Origin: an uncultured delta proteobacterium
GTDB lineage: Bacteria; Desulfobacterota; Desulfomonilia; UBA1062
Assembly: GCA_963785235.1 (NCBI GenBank)
Contig: CAWAUM010000003.1
Coordinates: 384,001 to 448,000 of the forward strand
DNA length: 64,000 bases
Direction of reading: 5' to 3'
The position numbers and the translations under genes were made by a program. This document shows positions 60,570 through 64,000 of this stretch, in pieces. The notes under the pieces are model-generated. The model ran no database searches and had not been told where the DNA came from. It was given only the letters and a program-made list of their open reading frames with translations. The first letter of the stretch is position 1. Every line of letters starts with the position of its first letter.

Positions 60570-60624
60570 TTGACATGCGGATCAGGATTACTTATACTCA
60601 TGCCAGATTGATATATTGATCAAT
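60570..60624 (+). promoter_or_regulatory. Sigma70 promoter and downstream palindromic operator candidate
   Basis: TTGACA-N17-TATACT at 60570-60598; ATTGAT-ATATTG-ATCAAT at 60607-60624. Confidence 0.65.
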
Positions 60625-60710
60625 TTTATCTCTTTGTATTTATTCATTTTATCAAGCTGTTCAGATTAAAGTAAAGAGATAAGACTACTTAGCAAAGGAG
60701 AATAACAGCT

Positions 60711-62351
60711 ATGACAGCCTTCCGAGAGATCACCATGGGTAAACTCATCAGAGAAACCGCATTAAAATTTCCGGACAACGACGCCCTCATATACCCGGAT
60801 ATCAACCTCAGGTTGAGTTATCAGGAATTGCTTGAAAAAACTATAGGGGTCGCAAAGGGGTTTATGGCGCTGGGTATACAGAATGGTGATCATGTCTCGG
60901 TATGGACAACAAATATACCCGAATGGGTCTACTTGCAGTTCGGACTAGGGATGATAGGTGCAGTGCTTGTGACAGTGAACACAAATTATAAATCCAATGA
61001 GCTCGAATATATCCTCAACCAATCCGATTCCACTACCTTGGTTCTTATGGAGGAATACAAGGATACTAACTTCTACAAAACCACCCAAGAGGTTATCCCT
61101 GAGTTAAATTCCGCCACACCGGGAAAACTGGGCGTACCAAAATTGCCAGATCTCAAAAATGTGATTTATATTGGTAATAGGAAAGAAACCCCTGGGATGT
61201 TTTCTTTTGATCAGATTTTTGCCATGGGCAAGGACATATCTGATGAACAGCTAGCAAAACGCGAAAACATGGTTCAATTCAATGATGTTGTGAACATGCA
61301 GTATACATCCGGCACCACCGGCTTCCCTAAAGGTGTAATGCTCACACACTACAATATCATCAATAATGCACGGATGGTCGGCGATGTCATGGGCATGACC
61401 GAAAAAGACCGGTTGCTTATACAAGTCCCCCTTTTCCATTGCTTCGGATGCGTCATGAGCTCGCTTAACTGTATGGTGCACGGCTCAACAATGGTTCTCG
61501 TGGAGTATTTTGATCCTGCAAAGGCATTGAAATACATCGAGCAGGAAAAGTGCACAGCAATTAACGGCGTCCCGACCATGTTCATCGCCATCCTTGGTCA
61601 TGCAGAGTTCAGCAAGTATTCTATGAAGTCCCTCAGGACAGGAATTATGGCTGGGGCGCCCTGCCCGATTGATACAATGAATCAGGTAATCGAGATAATG
61701 CATTGCCCTGAGGTCGTGATCGCTTTCGGTCAGACAGAATCCTCTCCTGTGATGACCATGACAAGGAGAGATGATCCTATTGACTTTAGGGTAGCAACAG
61801 TTGGGAGACTGCTGCCTGACATAGAAGGTAAAATCATAGACCCGGCAACAGGAGATGATCTTCCCCCCGATATTCAAGGTGAAATCGTCACTAGGAGCTC
61901 ATGTGTCATGAAGGGTTACTATAAGATGCAAGATGAAACGGCCTATGCAATAGACAAGGATGGGTGGCTCCATACAGGCGACCTAGGCACCGTTGATGAA
62001 CTTGGGTACTTTAAAGTCACTGGCAGGATCAAGGAAATGATCATCCGTGGCGGGGAAAACATATACCCCAGAGAGATCGAGGAATATCTCCGAAAAAACA
62101 CAAAGGTAATGGATGTCTATGTAGTCGGCATCCCTGATAAAAAATATGGTGAACAGGTCCTTGCTGCTATTATGTTAAAACCGGGAGAGAATGCCACTGA
62201 CAATGAATTTATCTCCTTCTGTCAGGGAAAGATAGCCCGTCATAAGATACCAAGATATTGGGAATTTGTGGAATCAGTACCCATGACCGCGAGTGGAAAG
62301 GTGCAGAAATTTAAGATGGTGGAACAGTACGCCCAGAAATACTCAAATTGA
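60711..62351 (+). CDS. AMP-forming acyl-CoA synthetase (AMP-binding family)
   Basis: YTSGTTGFPKG, PLFHCFG, FGQTE, WLHTGD, IIRGGENIYPREIE, SGKVQK. Confidence 0.93.
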   Translation: MTAFREITMGKLIRETALKFPDNDALIYPDINLRLSYQELLEKTIGVAKGFMALGIQNGDHVSVWTTNIPEWVYLQFGLGMIGAVLVTVNTNYKSNELEYILNQSDSTTLVLMEEYKDTNFYKTTQEVIPELNSATPGKLGVPKLPDLKNVIYIGNRKETPGMFSFDQIFAMGKDISDEQLAKRENMVQFNDVVNMQYTSGTTGFPKGVMLTHYNIINNARMVGDVMGMTEKDRLLIQVPLFHCFGCVMSSLNCMVHGSTMVLVEYFDPAKALKYIEQEKCTAINGVPTMFIAILGHAEFSKYSMKSLRTGIMAGAPCPIDTMNQVIEIMHCPEVVIAFGQTESSPVMTMTRRDDPIDFRVATVGRLLPDIEGKIIDPATGDDLPPDIQGEIVTRSSCVMKGYYKMQDETAYAIDKDGWLHTGDLGTVDELGYFKVTGRIKEMIIRGGENIYPREIEEYLRKNTKVMDVYVVGIPDKKYGEQVLAAIMLKPGENATDNEFISFCQGKIARHKIPRYWEFVESVPMTASGKVQKFKMVEQYAQKYSN

Positions 62352-62373
62352 TCAAACTGCTGATAAATCTATA

Positions 62374-62433
62374 AAAGGTTGCGCCTTCATTCTGAGCTGA
62401 CCAGATTGGGAATCGAGGCGCAACCTTTCTTTT
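62374..62433. terminator. Bidirectional terminator hairpin
   Basis: AAAGGTTGCGCCT...AGGCGCAACCTTT followed by CTTTT, between convergent genes. Confidence 0.75.
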
Positions 62434-62470
62434 AAGGTCTATAATATACCCCTAAGTTTGAATGATCCGT

Positions 62471-64000
62471 TTATCTATCCACTTTTCTGACCCTCATTCG
62501 TGCATCAAGTGCAAGGAGACCTTTGTCTTCGGAAAAAACTCTGACCGGATTGACATCGAGTTCATCTATGCGGGCGAATCTGTTCATAAGGTGGGATACC
62601 CTCACCACGCAATCAACAAATGCATCGATGTCATAAGGATCTTGTCCCCGGTATCCCTTGAGTAAAGTAAATGATTTCAACCTTTCCAGTTTTTTCATAA
62701 CCTCCTGTGGCGTTGTCGGGCACAATACAGTAGCAACATCTTTTAAGATCTCAATAAACACACCTCCCATCCCGAAGAACACTACCGGCCCAAATGAGGT
62801 ATCATGTTTTGCACCGATGAACATATCGCATCCAGTCGACGCCATTTGTCCGATCCTTACACCCTTGAACCGTGCATCCCTCTTGTAAGCAAAGAGATTA
62901 TCTCTAAGTTCCTTATATGACCGCCTTACCTGGTTCACATCCCGAACATTGAGCACTACACCTCCTGCTTCGGACTTGTGGAGTGCATCTGGAGAGACAA
63001 CTTTCATTACAACAGGAAATCCTATCTTCTGAGCATACTTTGCAGCCTGATCTGCATCTTGCGTCACCATGCTTTTTGCTGCAGACACACCGAATGTCTC
63101 CAATAGCTCTATGGATTCTTCTCCTAAGTCACCGGACTTGTCCTGTATCCATGAGTCGGCCTTACGCAACCGGACCCCTCCCGGCATCTCAGTTTTGAAA
63201 GCAGGTTGCAACTTGTGCTCATGGAATTTCATCTGCATTGCCATGACCCGAACCATCTCTTCAGCGCTGTTGAAAACCGGGAAATTCACTGTCCGCTTTG
63301 TCTGCAAGATCATTCTCGAAGGTCCGAAGAGGCATATCCCGAGAGGTTTCCCCGAAGAGAGGATCGTTCCCCAGGCCTCTTTCGACATATCAGTGAGGAA
63401 CATGCGGTAAAAGACATTTTCCCCGGCCGGCATCTGGGGGCGTTGGCCAACAAAGAGCACACCATCAACCTGATCGCTGTGCATTACGGAATAGATCACA
63501 TGGGCTGAAAGCTGCGGATCGTAGATATCCCCCATATCCAGCGGGTTCGAGAACTTTATGACGCCGGCATTGGAAAACTTCTGCAAGCTTTCATAGAAAT
63601 CCTGACCAGGGTCAGCAAAGGTAAAGCCGGCCTTCTCACAAAGGTCTGTAGTGATGACGGAGAATCCTCCGGCAGGGCTCATCACCATGACCCTCCTTCC
63701 CTTCATGGGAGGGAGTTCGAATGCCTTCACCGTGGCAAAGAAATCATGGTAGTTGTGGATACGGATCACACCAGCGCGCTCAAAAGCTGTATCGAGGATT
63801 ACATCATCATTGCTGAGCGCAGCGGTATGGCTCATGGCAGCCTTTCTCCCGGCGCTCGTCGTATTTGATTTCAGTACAACAATAGGTTTGGGGCTCTGCA
63901 TGGCAACCTCGATGAACCGCTGCCCCCTTTCGATGCTCTCCAGATACAGACAGATAATCTTTGTATCCGGATCGGAAATGAAATATTCGAGGAAGTCTAC
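62471..64000 (-). CDS. ADP-forming acetate/acyl-CoA ligase family protein (fused alpha/beta); 5' end lies outside the window
   Basis: YLES, SHTAAL (phospho-His), NPLDM, HKSEAGGV, FGPVVFFGMGG, ELDVNP; frame stays open to the window edge. Confidence 0.92.
   Translation of the reverse strand, partial: VDFLEYFISDPDTKIICLYLESIERGQRFIEVAMQSPKPIVVLKSNTTSAGRKAAMSHTAALSNDDVILDTAFERAGVIRIHNYHDFFATVKAFELPPMKGRRVMVMSPAGGFSVITTDLCEKAGFTFADPGQDFYESLQKFSNAGVIKFSNPLDMGDIYDPQLSAHVIYSVMHSDQVDGVLFVGQRPQMPAGENVFYRMFLTDMSKEAWGTILSSGKPLGICLFGPSRMILQTKRTVNFPVFNSAEEMVRVMAMQMKFHEHKLQPAFKTEMPGGVRLRKADSWIQDKSGDLGEESIELLETFGVSAAKSMVTQDADQAAKYAQKIGFPVVMKVVSPDALHKSEAGGVVLNVRDVNQVRRSYKELRDNLFAYKRDARFKGVRIGQMASTGCDMFIGAKHDTSFGPVVFFGMGGVFIEILKDVATVLCPTTPQEVMKKLERLKSFTLLKGYRGQDPYDIDAFVDCVVRVSHLMNRFARIDELDVNPVRVFSEDKGLLALDARMRVRKVDR

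Noticed and set aside
62160-62185. TTATGTTAAA resembling the XerD arm of a dif site
   Set aside because: Lies inside a coding sequence and has no XerC arm

Overview
64-kb stretch of a bacterial chromosome, probably from an anaerobic Gram-negative deltaproteobacterium (Desulfobacterota). This is inferred from gene content: acyl-CoA transferase and ligases, aldehyde:ferredoxin oxidoreductase, two-subunit class I fumarase, heptose kinase, and a DUF4416-yicC-remA-gmk block. Most of the window is housekeeping and fatty-acid/CoA metabolism; I found no rRNA, tRNA, CRISPR array, prophage or transposase. Several genes (srkA, mrfA/yprA, mrfB/yprB, miaB, a histidine kinase, two lipoproteins) are broken by single-base indels, which looks like an unpolished long-read consensus. 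The best candidate for an undescribed system is at 21.4-25.5 kb: a KamA-type lysine 2,3-aminomutase, two divergent D-Ala-D-Ala-ligase-like ATP-grasp enzymes and a GNAT acetyltransferase in one operon. It has a ~260-nt leader that folds into a nested multi-stem RNA and contains a 21-codon uORF, and it is divergent from a MacAB-type exporter. Other notable signals: an unannotated Leu-rich leader peptide and attenuator upstream of leuA; a shared operator palindrome (TAWAGT-N3-ACTTYA) at three promoters, suggesting a MerR-family regulon over two FabK/nitronate-monooxygenase paralogs; a family of REP-doublet MITE-like repeats; a 51-bp perfect palindrome; and a sigma28-driven fliS-fliT-like pair inside a housekeeping block. 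All product calls come from motif recognition only; no database search was run.
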